Made by a program: the position numbers and the translations under genes. Positions 28,839-39,233 of a stretch of DNA of 64,000 nt are shown piece after piece. The DNA is from Blastocatellia bacterium (GTDB taxonomy: Bacteria > Acidobacteriota > Blastocatellia > UBA7656): positions 320,001-384,000 of the forward strand of contig CAVXWP010000009.1 of NCBI GenBank assembly GCA_963765495.1, in the 5' to 3' direction. Numbering within the stretch: position 1 is the stretch's first letter; each line of letters begins with the position of its first letter. The notes below the pieces were generated by a model, which did no database searches, was not told the DNA's origin, and worked only from the letters and a program-made list of their open reading frames with translations.

Positions 28839-31238
28839 TCATTCATACCGAAGTGCCACCATCGGGTCTATCTTAGTTGCGCGCCGCGCCGGAACGTAAC
28901 AGGCCGCGAGAGCGATAACAATCAAGAGAGATGTCAGCAGAACAAAGGTGAGCGGATCGGTTGCGCTCACCCCGAAAAGCATGGATTCGATCAGCCGCGT
29001 CAGAATGATTGACGCGGTCAAACCTATTGCCACGCCTATTACGGCCTGCTTCATTCCCTGCCGGATGACCAGCTTCAAAACGTCTCCGGGTTGCGCGCCC
29101 AGTGCCATGCGTACGCCGATTTCTCGCGTGCGCTCCGTGACCGAATAAGACATCACGCCGTAAATCCCCGCTATCGCAAGCGCGAGCGCGGCGGCGGCAA
29201 AGACTCCGAATACGACAAGGCTGAATCGGCGTTCATCGAGAGAAGAGGAGAAGACCTGTTCAAGCGTGCGGAAGCTCGACGGGACATTGCCGTTGAGCGA
29301 TTCAACTTCTCGACGCATAGAAGAGATGAGCGCGGCAGGATCGGTTTTAGTGCGCGCGATTATGGAAAAATCCGATGCCTTTCGAGGGCGTTGCAGATAG
29401 TATGTGTAGACGGTTGGAGACACCCTGGTATCGAGCCCCCGGTCGCGCACATCTCCGACCACGCCTATGATATTCAGCAGCCTCGGGTCTCCATCCATAT
29501 TGCCGAATTGAATCTGTCTGCCGATGGCGTCTTCCTGCGGGAAATACAATTCGGCAAGTGACTGGCTGATGACGGCTGCGTGAGGAGAATTCGCTGTATC
29601 GCTCGAATCAAAGACGCGCCCGTGCAGCAACGGTATTCCCATAGCGGCGAAATAGCCCGGGCTCGTCACACGGAAATCGCCGTAGCCGGATTTTGTCCGA
29701 TCATTATCAATCAGGAAAGTGCCGTCGGCTCCGTCCACAGCCATAGGCAGATCGTTTATGCCGCCCACGGCAACCACGCCGGGCAGATTCTCCAGTTTTT
29801 CGAGCAATTGATTATGAAACGCCACCAGTTGCTGCTGCTGCTGCTCATCTTCGGGAAACGGGAGAGAAACATCCATCACAACCGCGCCTTCGGGTCGAAA
29901 ACCCGGATCTATGCTGAGCAGACTGAGAAAGCTCTTGCCAAGCAAACCCGCCGCGATCAAAAGCACAAGCGTGAGCGCGAACTCCGAGACTACGAATATG
30001 CCGCGCAGTCGATTGCTCGCGATGGATGATTGATCACGCCCGCCCTCTTTCAATGCCCGTTGCAGATCATAACCGGAGGCGCGCATGGCCGAGATCACAC
30101 CCAGAACCACAGCTACAAAAAACGAAAGTATTAAGGTGAAGACCAGCGCCCGGGCATCGACGTGGATTTCATTTGCGCGCGGGAGGTTCTCTTGATTTAG
30201 CGCAATCAACAGGTCGAGTCCCCAGAATGAGATTAGAACGCCTAAGGCTCCGCCGATCAGAGCCAGAACCCAGCTTTCGGCTATAAATTGTCGCGCAAGT
30301 CGGAATCGCGTGGCCCCGAGCGCGGCCCTCACGGCGAGTTCCTTTTGTCGCGAGGCCGCTCGCGCAAGCAGCAGGTTTGCGACATTCGCGCACGCAATCA
30401 ACAGCAGAAAAGCGACCGCGCCGAAAATAAGCAGCAGGCCGCTACGAATATCTCCGACCATGAATTCCTGTAGCGGGATCAGACTGACTCCGATCATGTC
30501 AATCTCTTCGCCGTATTGCTGTTTCAGGCTGCCGGCCAAAGCGTTCAATTCACTGCGGGCCGCCTTAAGCGAGACATCCGGGCGCAGACGCGCAATGACT
30601 CTCCAGTTGTGGGCCGTGCGCGAAGTGTTTGGCGGATAAACGTTGCGAGGAATCCAGACCTCGGTCTTTTCGGGAAAGTCAAAACCCGGAGGCATGACTC
30701 CGATTACCGTCATGCTCCGGTTGTCTATGTTAAGCGCGGAGGATGTGACATCGGCGTTGCCTCCAAGCAATCGCTGCCAGAACCCGTAGCTCACAACGGC
30801 GACCGTACCGCCTCCGGCCTTGCTCTCCTCTTCCGTAAATACGCGCCCCACCGAAGGCAGCACGTCGAACACTCGAAAGAGATCGCCCGACACGACAGCG
30901 ACATTGACCCGCACGGGGACGGCTCCGCCAGTTACCGTCGTCAGCCCGCTCGAATATAGCGCGAGGGTTTCGAGGCTGTGGTTTTGCGCGCGAATATCCA
31001 GAAAATTTGGCTCGGCCACCGCGACGCGACTGCCCTTTCTGGTTACCTCGCGAAGTTGCAGGATGCGGTCCGGCTCCGAGTATGGAAGCGAGCGCAGCAA
31101 AACGGCGTCAACTATGCTGAAGATCGCGGTACACGCGCCGATTCCAATCGCGAGCGTCAGTATGGCAATCGCCGCGAAGCCGGGACGTCTGAGCATCATC
31201 CGAAAACCATAGCGCAGGTCTTGCAAAAGGGTGTCCAT
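28839..31238 (-). CDS. ADOP-type duplicated ABC permease #3
   Basis: [13 protein letters not shown]...[17 protein letters not shown]. Confidence 0.93.
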   Translation of the reverse strand: MDTLLQDLRYGFRMMLRRPGFAAIAILTLAIGIGACTAIFSIVDAVLLRSLPYSEPDRILQLREVTRKGSRVAVAEPNFLDIRAQNHSLETLALYSSGLTTVTGGAVPVRVNVAVVSGDLFRVFDVLPSVGRVFTEEESKAGGGTVAVVSYGFWQRLLGGNADVTSSALNIDNRSMTVIGVMPPGFDFPEKTEVWIPRNVYPPNTSRTAHNWRVIARLRPDVSLKAARSELNALAGSLKQQYGEEIDMIGVSLIPLQEFMVGDIRSGLLLIFGAVAFLLLIACANVANLLLARAASRQKELAVRAALGATRFRLARQFIAESWVLALIGGALGVLISFWGLDLLIALNQENLPRANEIHVDARALVFTLILSFFVAVVLGVISAMRASGYDLQRALKEGGRDQSSIASNRLRGIFVVSEFALTLVLLIAAGLLGKSFLSLLSIDPGFRPEGAVVMDVSLPFPEDEQQQQQLVAFHNQLLEKLENLPGVVAVGGINDLPMAVDGADGTFLIDNDRTKSGYGDFRVTSPGYFAAMGIPLLHGRVFDSSDTANSPHAAVISQSLAELYFPQEDAIGRQIQFGNMDGDPRLLNIIGVVGDVRDRGLDTRVSPTVYTYYLQRPRKASDFSIIARTKTDPAALISSMRREVESLNGNVPSSFRTLEQVFSSSLDERRFSLVVFGVFAAAALALAIAGIYGVMSYSVTERTREIGVRMALGAQPGDVLKLVIRQGMKQAVIGVAIGLTASIILTRLIESMLFGVSATDPLTFVLLTSLLIVIALAACYVPARRATKIDPMVALRYE

Positions 31239-31253
31239 CTCTCTCTCCTTGAA

Positions 31254-31288
31254 TCTCGAATCTCAAATCTCAAATGTGAAATCTCAGA
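31254..31288. repeat. TCTCAAA-family array (5 degenerate units)
   Basis: tctcgaa tctcaaa tctcaaa tgtgaaa tctcaga, abutting the stop at 31289. Confidence 0.8.
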
Positions 31289-33739
31289 TCATTCGTACCG
31301 GAGCGCGATCATCGGGTCTACTTTGGCCGCGCGCCACGCAGGGATAAAACTGGCCGCCAGAGCCACTCCTGCAAGCACGAGCGGTATGGCGATAAATGTA
31401 AGAGGGTCGGTCGCGCTCACGCCGTAAAGCAGGCTCTCCATCAATCGGGTCAGGGCAAAGGCCGCCGCAAGCCCGACCGATACGCCGATCACGGCCAAAA
31501 ACATCCCCTGACGAACTATCATTCCCAACACATCGGATGGACCCGCGCCAAGAGCTATGCGAATGCCAATCTCGCGTGTGCGCTGGCTGACCGAATACGC
31601 CGTCACGCCGTAGATGCCTATCGCCGCAAGCGTCAGCGCAAGCAATGCAAAGCTGCCGAGCATAACGGCGGCCAGCCGCGCGGGGAAAAGCGAGATTGCC
31701 AGATGCTCGGTCATAGTCTTCACGTCGAACAGAGGCAGATTGGGATCGAGTCTCTGCACCTCGCCGCGAATCGCGCCTATCATGGCTTTCGGGTCAGAGG
31801 TCGTGCGAACAATCATGACCATGCTGGCCGAGTAGGATTGAAGAAGCGGAAAGCATACGAATGGTTGGGAAGATTCTCCGATGTTCCAGTACTTGCCGTC
31901 TCTTGTGACGCCTACTATTTCGAGAAACGGACCTTCAAGGCTCCGGGTGCTCACGCGCTTACCGAGGGCCTCTTGCGGGGATTGAGCCTCCGGGAAGAAA
32001 CGCGCTACGAATGCCTCGTTTACGATGATCACGCGCGTTGTATTTTCGGTATCCTGATCGGTGAAGTTGCGCCCCGCCACAAGCGGAATCCCCATAGTCG
32101 GCAGGTAATCCGATTCCACCGAAGCGACCATCGCGCTTGGCACATTCGCGCCACGCACGGGCGCTTGCCCTTCCACATAAAAATAATCGCTCGAATAGTT
32201 GAGACTGAGCGGAAGCAGATCGGTCAAAGAGGCCGAACGCACGCCGGGAAGAGATTCTACGCGCTCGATTATCTGATGCTGAAACTGCTGTCCTCGCGCC
32301 TGATCATACCCTTGCAATCCAAGATCGAAGGACATCAACAGCCCGTTTTCCACCTCGAAACCGGGATTCATCGTCTGCAAACGGCCGAGCGCGCGAATGA
32401 CCAGCCCCGCCGCGATCAAGAGGAAAAGCGATATGGCTATCTGCGCCACGACAAGCCCGCTTCGCAAACGCGAGCGGCGCAATCCCGCCTGCGACGAGGT
32501 GTCTTTCAAGACGACGGCTATCTCGGGATTGGTGGTCTGCAACGCGGGCACGAGGCCAAAGATCAGACTCGCGGCAAGCGATGCCGCAAGCGAAAAGATG
32601 AGCACTCGCCAGTCAACTTTCAAGTCTATCGTGAGCGGTATATCAAAGGGTGGTTTGAGCGCCGTGAGGAGGTCTACGATCCAGAGCGCAAGGAGTAAGC
32701 CCGCCGCTCCGCTAACTATCGAAAGCAGCACGCTTTCGGTCAGCAATTGGCGTATGAGGCGAAGTCGGCTTGCGCCGAGCGATAATCGAATAGCGATTTC
32801 CCTGCGACGTTCGGCGGCCCGCGCAAGCAGGAGATTTGCGATATTTGTGCAGGCGATAAGCAGGACCAGAGAGACCGCAAACATCAAGACCCATGTAAAA
32901 GATATGACCGCGCCACGGATGCCCGGAAGAATAAAACCCGGCGGCACGAGTTTGATCGTTCGCCCCTCATCCGTGTTGGGATACTCTTTGCCGAGTTGCT
33001 CGGCCAGCACATTGAGCGAGGCTTCGGCCTGCTCGCTCGTTACGCCGGGTTTCAGGCGGCCTGTGGCAAATATGTTGTTGTTGGTCCTTTTATCAAGCCA
33101 CTTGTTTCCCGGCTCCATCCACTCCTGCATAGTCATCGGGACCCAGATTTCCGGCGTGTAAATGATTTCGGTTCCGCCGAAACCTTCCGGCGTTACGCCG
33201 ATCACGCGAAAGCTGTGGCCGTTGAGAAGTATGTCTTTCCCTATGACGGTAGCGTCCCGGGCGAATCTGCGTTCCCAGCAACCGTAGCTCAACACTACGA
33301 TGGGATTGGCAAGCGGGGCGCGATCTTCTTCGGGTGTAAAGGTGCGACCGAGGAAAGCATTTACGCCAAGCACTTCGAAGTAATTTCCAGTGACCTCGTA
33401 GCCCCAGATGCGTTCGTTATTTCCTTCGCGGCTCAAACTGACCGGCATCAGTCGAGAGGCGTAGAGGCCCTCAAGCACTTCGTTGCGGTCGCGGAAATCG
33501 AGATAACCCGGATAAGAGAACGCCTGCATGGAGTCTTCCGCGCCAAAGACGGATACCGCGACCAGTTCGTCAGGTTTGGAGACGGGAAACGGGCGCAGCA
33601 GCACCGTATTGACCAGAGAGAAGATAGCGGTGTTTGCCCCTATCCCAAGCGCGAGCGACACTATTGCAACAAGCGCGAAGCCGGGCCTCTTCACCAGTCT
33701 ACGCGCGCCGTACTGAATGTCTTGAAGCAGTGTTTCCAT
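31289..33739 (-). CDS. ADOP-type duplicated ABC permease #4
   Basis: METLLQDIQYGAR...PAWRAAKVDPMIALRYE; VTGNYFEVLG subtype. Confidence 0.93.
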   Translation of the reverse strand: METLLQDIQYGARRLVKRPGFALVAIVSLALGIGANTAIFSLVNTVLLRPFPVSKPDELVAVSVFGAEDSMQAFSYPGYLDFRDRNEVLEGLYASRLMPVSLSREGNNERIWGYEVTGNYFEVLGVNAFLGRTFTPEEDRAPLANPIVVLSYGCWERRFARDATVIGKDILLNGHSFRVIGVTPEGFGGTEIIYTPEIWVPMTMQEWMEPGNKWLDKRTNNNIFATGRLKPGVTSEQAEASLNVLAEQLGKEYPNTDEGRTIKLVPPGFILPGIRGAVISFTWVLMFAVSLVLLIACTNIANLLLARAAERRREIAIRLSLGASRLRLIRQLLTESVLLSIVSGAAGLLLALWIVDLLTALKPPFDIPLTIDLKVDWRVLIFSLAASLAASLIFGLVPALQTTNPEIAVVLKDTSSQAGLRRSRLRSGLVVAQIAISLFLLIAAGLVIRALGRLQTMNPGFEVENGLLMSFDLGLQGYDQARGQQFQHQIIERVESLPGVRSASLTDLLPLSLNYSSDYFYVEGQAPVRGANVPSAMVASVESDYLPTMGIPLVAGRNFTDQDTENTTRVIIVNEAFVARFFPEAQSPQEALGKRVSTRSLEGPFLEIVGVTRDGKYWNIGESSQPFVCFPLLQSYSASMVMIVRTTSDPKAMIGAIRGEVQRLDPNLPLFDVKTMTEHLAISLFPARLAAVMLGSFALLALTLAAIGIYGVTAYSVSQRTREIGIRIALGAGPSDVLGMIVRQGMFLAVIGVSVGLAAAFALTRLMESLLYGVSATDPLTFIAIPLVLAGVALAASFIPAWRAAKVDPMIALRYE

Positions 33740-33758
33740 ATCAGTGCCTTTCCTTCTG

Positions 33759-33845
33759 GTGATTCGTAATTCGTGATCCGTGATTTAGCAGACTTGCAAG
33801 CTGTCTAAACCTGCGATCTACCTGAAAGTCACGCATCACGCATCA
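33759..33845. repeat. TGATGCG-family inverted element, 45-bp core
   Basis: Arms around 33784-33828; abuts the stop at 33846. Confidence 0.85.
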
Positions 33846-36314
33846 CTATTCGTACCTGAGCGCCTCCATCGGGTCCACTCTGGCTGCGCGCCGCGCCGGG
33901 ATGTAGCAGGCCGCAAGTCCGACCGCGATCAGCAGGCCGGATACCGCCGCGAAGGTCGAAATATCGGTGGTGCTGATGCCATAAAGCAGGCTCGACATAA
34001 AGCGCGTCAGGGCGAAGGCCGAGACGAGCCCTACCGCCACCCCTGCCAGAACCAGCATCACCGCCTGTCTTATGATCAGGCTCAACACATCGGATGTCTT
34101 AGCGCCTAGTGCCAGGCGGATACCTATCTCTCGCGTGCGGCGATTTACCGCGTAAGCGATCACGCCATACAGCCCGATTGCCGCAATCAGCAAGGCTACG
34201 AAACCGAAAAGCCCTGAAAGCATAGCTGCCATACGTTCAGTCGCTATCGAATTGCTCAACTCGCCCGAAAGCGTTGTCGTGTTGGAGAGCAGTATGCCGG
34301 AATCCAGCGCGCTCACTTCGCGCCCTATCACGGGCAGAAAGTCCGAAGCATCGCCTGCGGTGCGAACCAGAACCCGTTGATACGGGGAGAACGGCATCTG
34401 CAACGCAGGCAGATCGAGATGGGGTATAGGCGTTTCGGTCAGGCTGTGAAACTTGAGGTCGCGCGTAATGCCTACTATTTCAAGCCACGGATTGCCGGGG
34501 CCGCGACTTATGCGCTTCCCTATCGCATTCTGGTTGGGAAAATACTGACGCGCAAATGCTTCATTGATGACCACGACACCGGGCGAGCCTTCCCGGTCCC
34601 TCTCGGTAAAACCCCGTCCCGCGATCAGGGGTATGCCCATCAGTTCGTGATAGCCGGGACCGACAGAGTTGTAATCTATCCCGAGATTTTCACCCGGTTC
34701 GGCCTCGTAACCTTCGATCTTAACGAACACCTTTCCGAGACCTCCGCCCAGAGGGACCCTGTCTGCCGTAGCCACATCGCGCACACCGGCAGTGGTCTTC
34801 AATCGCTCGGTCAATTCCCGGATAAACTCGCGCCCTCTGTTCTTATCATATCTGTCGGGCGGCAACTCGATACCGGCGACCATCACGTTTTCAGGGTTGA
34901 AACCCGGGTCGATGGCGAAGAAATTGCGGAGGCTCCTTGTGAGCAGCCCTGCGCCGATAAGCACGACAAGCGATAAAGCTACCTGAGCTATCACAAGCAC
35001 GTGACGAGCACTAAGAAACCGCTCGCGCCCGCCGCCCATCATTGCGTCGTCTTTTAGCGCGGGAACCAGATCATCTCTTGAGCTTTGCAGCGCAGGCACG
35101 ATTCCGAAGATAAAACCTGCCAGCAGCGAAACCAGCAGAGTGAAGCCGAGCACGCGCCCATCCACTACATTATTGAGTGAAGCGTGCTGGCTGACAACCT
35201 TTGACTGATAAGCAATCAAGAGATCGGAAAGCCACGGAGCCAGTATCAATCCCGCTGCGCCGCCCGCGAATGCAAGCAGCGCGCTTTCGGTCAGCATCTG
35301 ACGGATGAGCCGCCCTCGGGAAGCGCCTATAGCCAGGCGGACAGCAATCTCTTTCCGCCGGACAGTCGAGCGCGCAAGCAGCAGGTTGGCGACGTTTGCG
35401 CAGGCAATCAAAAGAATCAACCCGACGAAACCCATCAACAGGGTGAGAGGCGGGCCGAGTTTTGGGCGCAGGAAAGAGATTCCTTTGCCGCCGGGCTCAA
35501 CCCTCATTCGGCGCTCGTTGAAAGGAAGGTTGAGGTCGGAGGCAGGCAGGGTCCCTTCTCTGATCTGGCGCGCAAGCGTATCGAGGCTCGCTTCTGCCTG
35601 CGCGATGGTCACGCCCGGTTTGAGGCGGCCCGCAACGCGCAGCCACGCCATGCGGCGCTCGTCGAACGAAAATGTTTGCGGCATAAGTTGCGGGAACATC
35701 CTCACAGGCACCCACAGATCGGTAGACGATTCGATATTCAAGCCGGTGAAGTTCTGAGGCGCGATGCCTATAACGGTGTAGTTGAGGCCATTGATCGGCA
35801 CAGCTTTTCCGATAATTTCAGGGTCAGCGCCAAAGCGCCTCTGCCACAAACCATAACTCAAAACCGTGACCGGGTGTGTGCCAGGTGTCTTATCTTCTTC
35901 GGGAAGAAATGCGCGACCGCGCGCGGTTTTCACACCCAGTACATCAAAATAATTACCCGACACAATCTCTGCCAGCACCTGTTCGGGATGGTCTTCGGAG
36001 CCGAGTTTTTCCGGCATCTGTATGAACGCGGTCAAGCCGGACAGCACCTCGTTCTGGTCGCGGTAATCGGCATAATCGGGATATGAAAATATGTTGTTGA
36101 CGAAATGTGGGTTCACGCTTTCAGAGGTGAGCAGCACAAGCTCGTCTGGCGCTTCGACCGGAAGCGAGCGCAACAGCAGTTTGTCTACAAGAGAGAAGAT
36201 AGCGGTGTTTGCCCCTATCCCAAGCGCCAGCGACAGGACCGCTACCGCCGCAAAGCCACGGCTTTTTAAGAGAACTCGCGCGCCGTATCGAATGTCTTGA
36301 AGCAGTGTTTCCAT
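33846..36314 (-). CDS. ADOP-type duplicated ABC permease #5
   Basis: METLLQDIRYGAR...[17 protein letters not shown]. Confidence 0.93.
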   Translation of the reverse strand: METLLQDIRYGARVLLKSRGFAAVAVLSLALGIGANTAIFSLVDKLLLRSLPVEAPDELVLLTSESVNPHFVNNIFSYPDYADYRDQNEVLSGLTAFIQMPEKLGSEDHPEQVLAEIVSGNYFDVLGVKTARGRAFLPEEDKTPGTHPVTVLSYGLWQRRFGADPEIIGKAVPINGLNYTVIGIAPQNFTGLNIESSTDLWVPVRMFPQLMPQTFSFDERRMAWLRVAGRLKPGVTIAQAEASLDTLARQIREGTLPASDLNLPFNERRMRVEPGGKGISFLRPKLGPPLTLLMGFVGLILLIACANVANLLLARSTVRRKEIAVRLAIGASRGRLIRQMLTESALLAFAGGAAGLILAPWLSDLLIAYQSKVVSQHASLNNVVDGRVLGFTLLVSLLAGFIFGIVPALQSSRDDLVPALKDDAMMGGGRERFLSARHVLVIAQVALSLVVLIGAGLLTRSLRNFFAIDPGFNPENVMVAGIELPPDRYDKNRGREFIRELTERLKTTAGVRDVATADRVPLGGGLGKVFVKIEGYEAEPGENLGIDYNSVGPGYHELMGIPLIAGRGFTERDREGSPGVVVINEAFARQYFPNQNAIGKRISRGPGNPWLEIVGITRDLKFHSLTETPIPHLDLPALQMPFSPYQRVLVRTAGDASDFLPVIGREVSALDSGILLSNTTTLSGELSNSIATERMAAMLSGLFGFVALLIAAIGLYGVIAYAVNRRTREIGIRLALGAKTSDVLSLIIRQAVMLVLAGVAVGLVSAFALTRFMSSLLYGISTTDISTFAAVSGLLIAVGLAACYIPARRAARVDPMEALRYE

Positions 36315-36345
36315 GTTTTCGGCCTCTCTCTCCTGATAATCTCGG

Positions 36346-36413
36346 TGCGTGATGCGTGAACCGTTGTCTCAATTAATAGTCATCTCCGGTCACGCATCAC
36401 GGATCACGCATCA
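36346..36413. repeat. TGATGCG-family inverted element, 30-bp core
   Basis: Core accgttgtctcaattaatagtcatctccgg (36360-36389); abuts the stop at 36414. Confidence 0.85.
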
Positions 36414-38837
36414 CTATTCGTAGCGCAGTGCCTCCATCGGGTCCACTCTCGTGGCCCGGCGAGCGGGGATGAAACAGGCTGCCAGAGCCACTCCTGTGAG
36501 CACGAGCGGGATGGCGATGAATATAAGGGGGTCGGTCGCGCTCACGCCGAAAAGCAGGCTCGCAAGCAACCTGGTCAGTGCGAGGGCCGTTATGACTCCG
36601 ATGCCGACTCCGGCAAGCACAAGGACAAGCCCCTGTCTCAATACCATCTTAAGGATATCCCGGCCTCGCGCCCCAAGCGCCATCCGCAACCCTATGTCGT
36701 GCGTCTGCTGGCTTACCGAGTAAGAGACAATTCCATAGATGCCTATCGAAGCAAGCAGCAGCGCCACGGCGGCGAATATGCCGATCAGCAGGGCCGGGTA
36801 ACGGCGCATAAAGGTCGAAGGCGATTCGGCTATCATCTGTTCCATTGTGCGCGCTCCGTCGAGAGAAAGATCGGGGTCCATCTCTCGCAACTCGCTGCGG
36901 ATCGCGCCTATCAGACCGGTGGGATCTGATGCGCCTCTCACTAAAAGGCTTGTGCGGCTGGCCGGGTCTTGCTGATACGAATAATAAAAGACCGGCTTGA
37001 TCTCTACGTCGAGGCCGTTGACTCTTTCATCTCCAACCACGCCTACGATCTCAATCGGCGGCAGATTCATACTGGTATAGAGCAGACGCCGCCCTACACA
37101 ATCGCGGCCCGGCAGGAGTCGCTCGGCAAGCGTCTTACTGATGATAGCCCGTGGAGGCGCATTCAGATTTTCCCGGCTGTCGAAATACCGTCCTTCAATC
37201 AGCGGCACACCCATCACCTGAAAATAGTTGGGGCTTATCTCGCGGATATTTGCCTCGACCTCTTCTCCGGGAGGCGGGGCCGGTTCGCCCTCAATAGTCA
37301 GGCGGGTAGTGTTCCCTCCGACGAGCGGGAGCACATCGACCGTGCCCGCGTCCTTTACTCCCGGCAGGGCTTTAACCCGCGCAAGCATCTGATCGTAAAA
37401 CGGGACGATCTGATCGGGTTGGGTGAATCTGGTAGCGGGCAGCGATACCCGCATCGTCAAGAGATTTTCCGGGTTGAAGCCCGGATCGACTTCGAGCAGG
37501 CGAACAAGGCTTTTCATCATCAAACTCGCGCCAACAAGCAATACGAGCGCAAGGGCGATTTCAGAGACCACAAGCAGACTGCGCAGGCGCGAGCGCCCGC
37601 CTCCGCTCGATGTGCGGCCTCCCTCCTTTAAGACTTCCTGAAGATCGGGCCGGGCGGCCTTGAGCGCGGGCGCAAGACCAAATAAAATCCCCGTAAGCAG
37701 CGTCAGCCCGGCCGCAAAAGCGAGTATGCCAAAATCCATGTGGAGCCCTTTCAGATATGGCATGGTGAGCAAACGGGTTTCGGGAATCGATGAGATAAGG
37801 AGTTCGACTCCCCACTGAGCGATCAGCAATCCCGCCGCTCCGCCTACAAAGGCAAGCAACACGCTTTCGGTCAGCAGTTGTCTTATCACACGGCGGCGAC
37901 CGGCTCCGAGCGCCGCCCGTATCGCCATCTCTTTTTGTCTGGCAGCCGAGCGCACAAGCATCAAATTGGCTACGTTGGCGCAGGCTATCAGAAGCACAAA
38001 ACCGACGGCGGCAAGCAGCGCGAGCATCACAGGTTTGACCTGCCCTACTATCTCATCGCGCAGAGGGTTGATCGTGATCGCAGTTCCCGCGTGCGAGTCG
38101 TTATACTGCTGCTCTATGCGCGCGCCAATCGCGCTCATTTCCGTTTGAGCCTGCTCGAGACTCACGCCGGGTTTCAGACGCGCAATCACGTTTGTCCCGT
38201 GCAGGAAGCGCCGGGTGAGTTGCGCCTGAGTGGGCTGGTATGAGAGATAGAGTTCGGCCGGTCTCATTGCGAACTGGAAACTCTGCGGCAGTATGCCCAC
38301 GACCGTGTAGGGGTTGCCGTTGAGCGTGAGCGACTGGCCTATGATAGCCGGGTCTTTGCCAAAGAGGCGCTGCCATAAACCGTAAGTCAAGACCGCCACG
38401 CGCTCTCGACCGGGCGTGTCTTCGCCCTCCTGAAAAGTGCGACCGAGCGCGGCGTCTACACCGAGAGTAGAGAAGAAATTGGCCGTGACCGAAGGCGCAA
38501 ACAATCGCTCAGGCTCGCCGCGTCCCGTCAAAATGACGCCGCCTCCGGTGTAGGCGGCCATCTGCTCGAAGGCCTGATTCTGCTGCCAGTCCTGGTAATC
38601 GGGATAAGAGGCCTCGCGTTTGTTGAACTGTTTTTGCGGTGTCTTCTCCCACAGGTGAAAGAGGCGATCAGGCTCTTTATAAGGCAGGCCGCGAATCAGC
38701 GAGGCATCTACGACGGTGAAAATCGCAGTGCTTGCGCCTATTCCAAGCGCAAGCGTCACAACGGCTACGACCGTGAAGGCGGGCTTCTTCGCCAACACTC
38801 TAAAGGCGTATCTGAGGTCTTGCCAAAAAGTTTCCAT
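36414..38837 (-). CDS. ADOP-type duplicated ABC permease #6
   Basis: Family motifs; start moved to ATG 38837 ([11 protein letters not shown]). Confidence 0.93.
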   Translation of the reverse strand: METFWQDLRYAFRVLAKKPAFTVVAVVTLALGIGASTAIFTVVDASLIRGLPYKEPDRLFHLWEKTPQKQFNKREASYPDYQDWQQNQAFEQMAAYTGGGVILTGRGEPERLFAPSVTANFFSTLGVDAALGRTFQEGEDTPGRERVAVLTYGLWQRLFGKDPAIIGQSLTLNGNPYTVVGILPQSFQFAMRPAELYLSYQPTQAQLTRRFLHGTNVIARLKPGVSLEQAQTEMSAIGARIEQQYNDSHAGTAITINPLRDEIVGQVKPVMLALLAAVGFVLLIACANVANLMLVRSAARQKEMAIRAALGAGRRRVIRQLLTESVLLAFVGGAAGLLIAQWGVELLISSIPETRLLTMPYLKGLHMDFGILAFAAGLTLLTGILFGLAPALKAARPDLQEVLKEGGRTSSGGGRSRLRSLLVVSEIALALVLLVGASLMMKSLVRLLEVDPGFNPENLLTMRVSLPATRFTQPDQIVPFYDQMLARVKALPGVKDAGTVDVLPLVGGNTTRLTIEGEPAPPPGEEVEANIREISPNYFQVMGVPLIEGRYFDSRENLNAPPRAIISKTLAERLLPGRDCVGRRLLYTSMNLPPIEIVGVVGDERVNGLDVEIKPVFYYSYQQDPASRTSLLVRGASDPTGLIGAIRSELREMDPDLSLDGARTMEQMIAESPSTFMRRYPALLIGIFAAVALLLASIGIYGIVSYSVSQQTHDIGLRMALGARGRDILKMVLRQGLVLVLAGVGIGVITALALTRLLASLLFGVSATDPLIFIAIPLVLTGVALAACFIPARRATRVDPMEALRYE

Positions 38838-38928
38838 GACTTTCCTTTTTAGAACCGGGTATCCGCTTCTGGTTACGGGCACGATAAAAGTTTGACCGAG
38901 CATCTGAATAGACTTCAAGTCGTTATAG

Positions 38929-39043
38929 CCAAACGGCGTGCCATTTCACTTATCCGTTTAAATGCTGAAATCAGGCAAGTTGATGAACGGGTGGGAAGGA
39001 AATAACTTTTGCGGGTGTGCGCTTGTGGGAACCCCTGATCCCA
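38929..39043 (-). promoter_or_regulatory. sigma54-like promoter plus upstream inverted-repeat site, copy 1
   Basis: Minus strand ATGGCACGCCGTTTGG (38929-38944); GGTGTGCGCTTGTGGGAA-N6-ATCCCA at 39014-39043; same module at 61862-61977. Confidence 0.65.
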
Positions 39044-39076
39044 AAACTGAAATCGAAACCTGGTCTTTTTCGATCA

Positions 39077-39106
39077 TTGACGCAGGGCATCGTAGTTTTA
39101 TATGAT
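39077..39106 (+). promoter_or_regulatory. Putative sigma70 promoter
   Basis: TTGACG-N18-TATGAT upstream of 39234. Confidence 0.4.
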
Positions 39107-39233
39107 AACTCGCGTCTCGGAATCCGAAACATTGATCCCAGAATAATTCAGAGCAGGCTCAAACGGGTCGACTAGGCTTTCGAGCTTTTTTCGAGGATTG
39201 TTCGGGACAATCAGCATTTGAAAGGTAAAATTT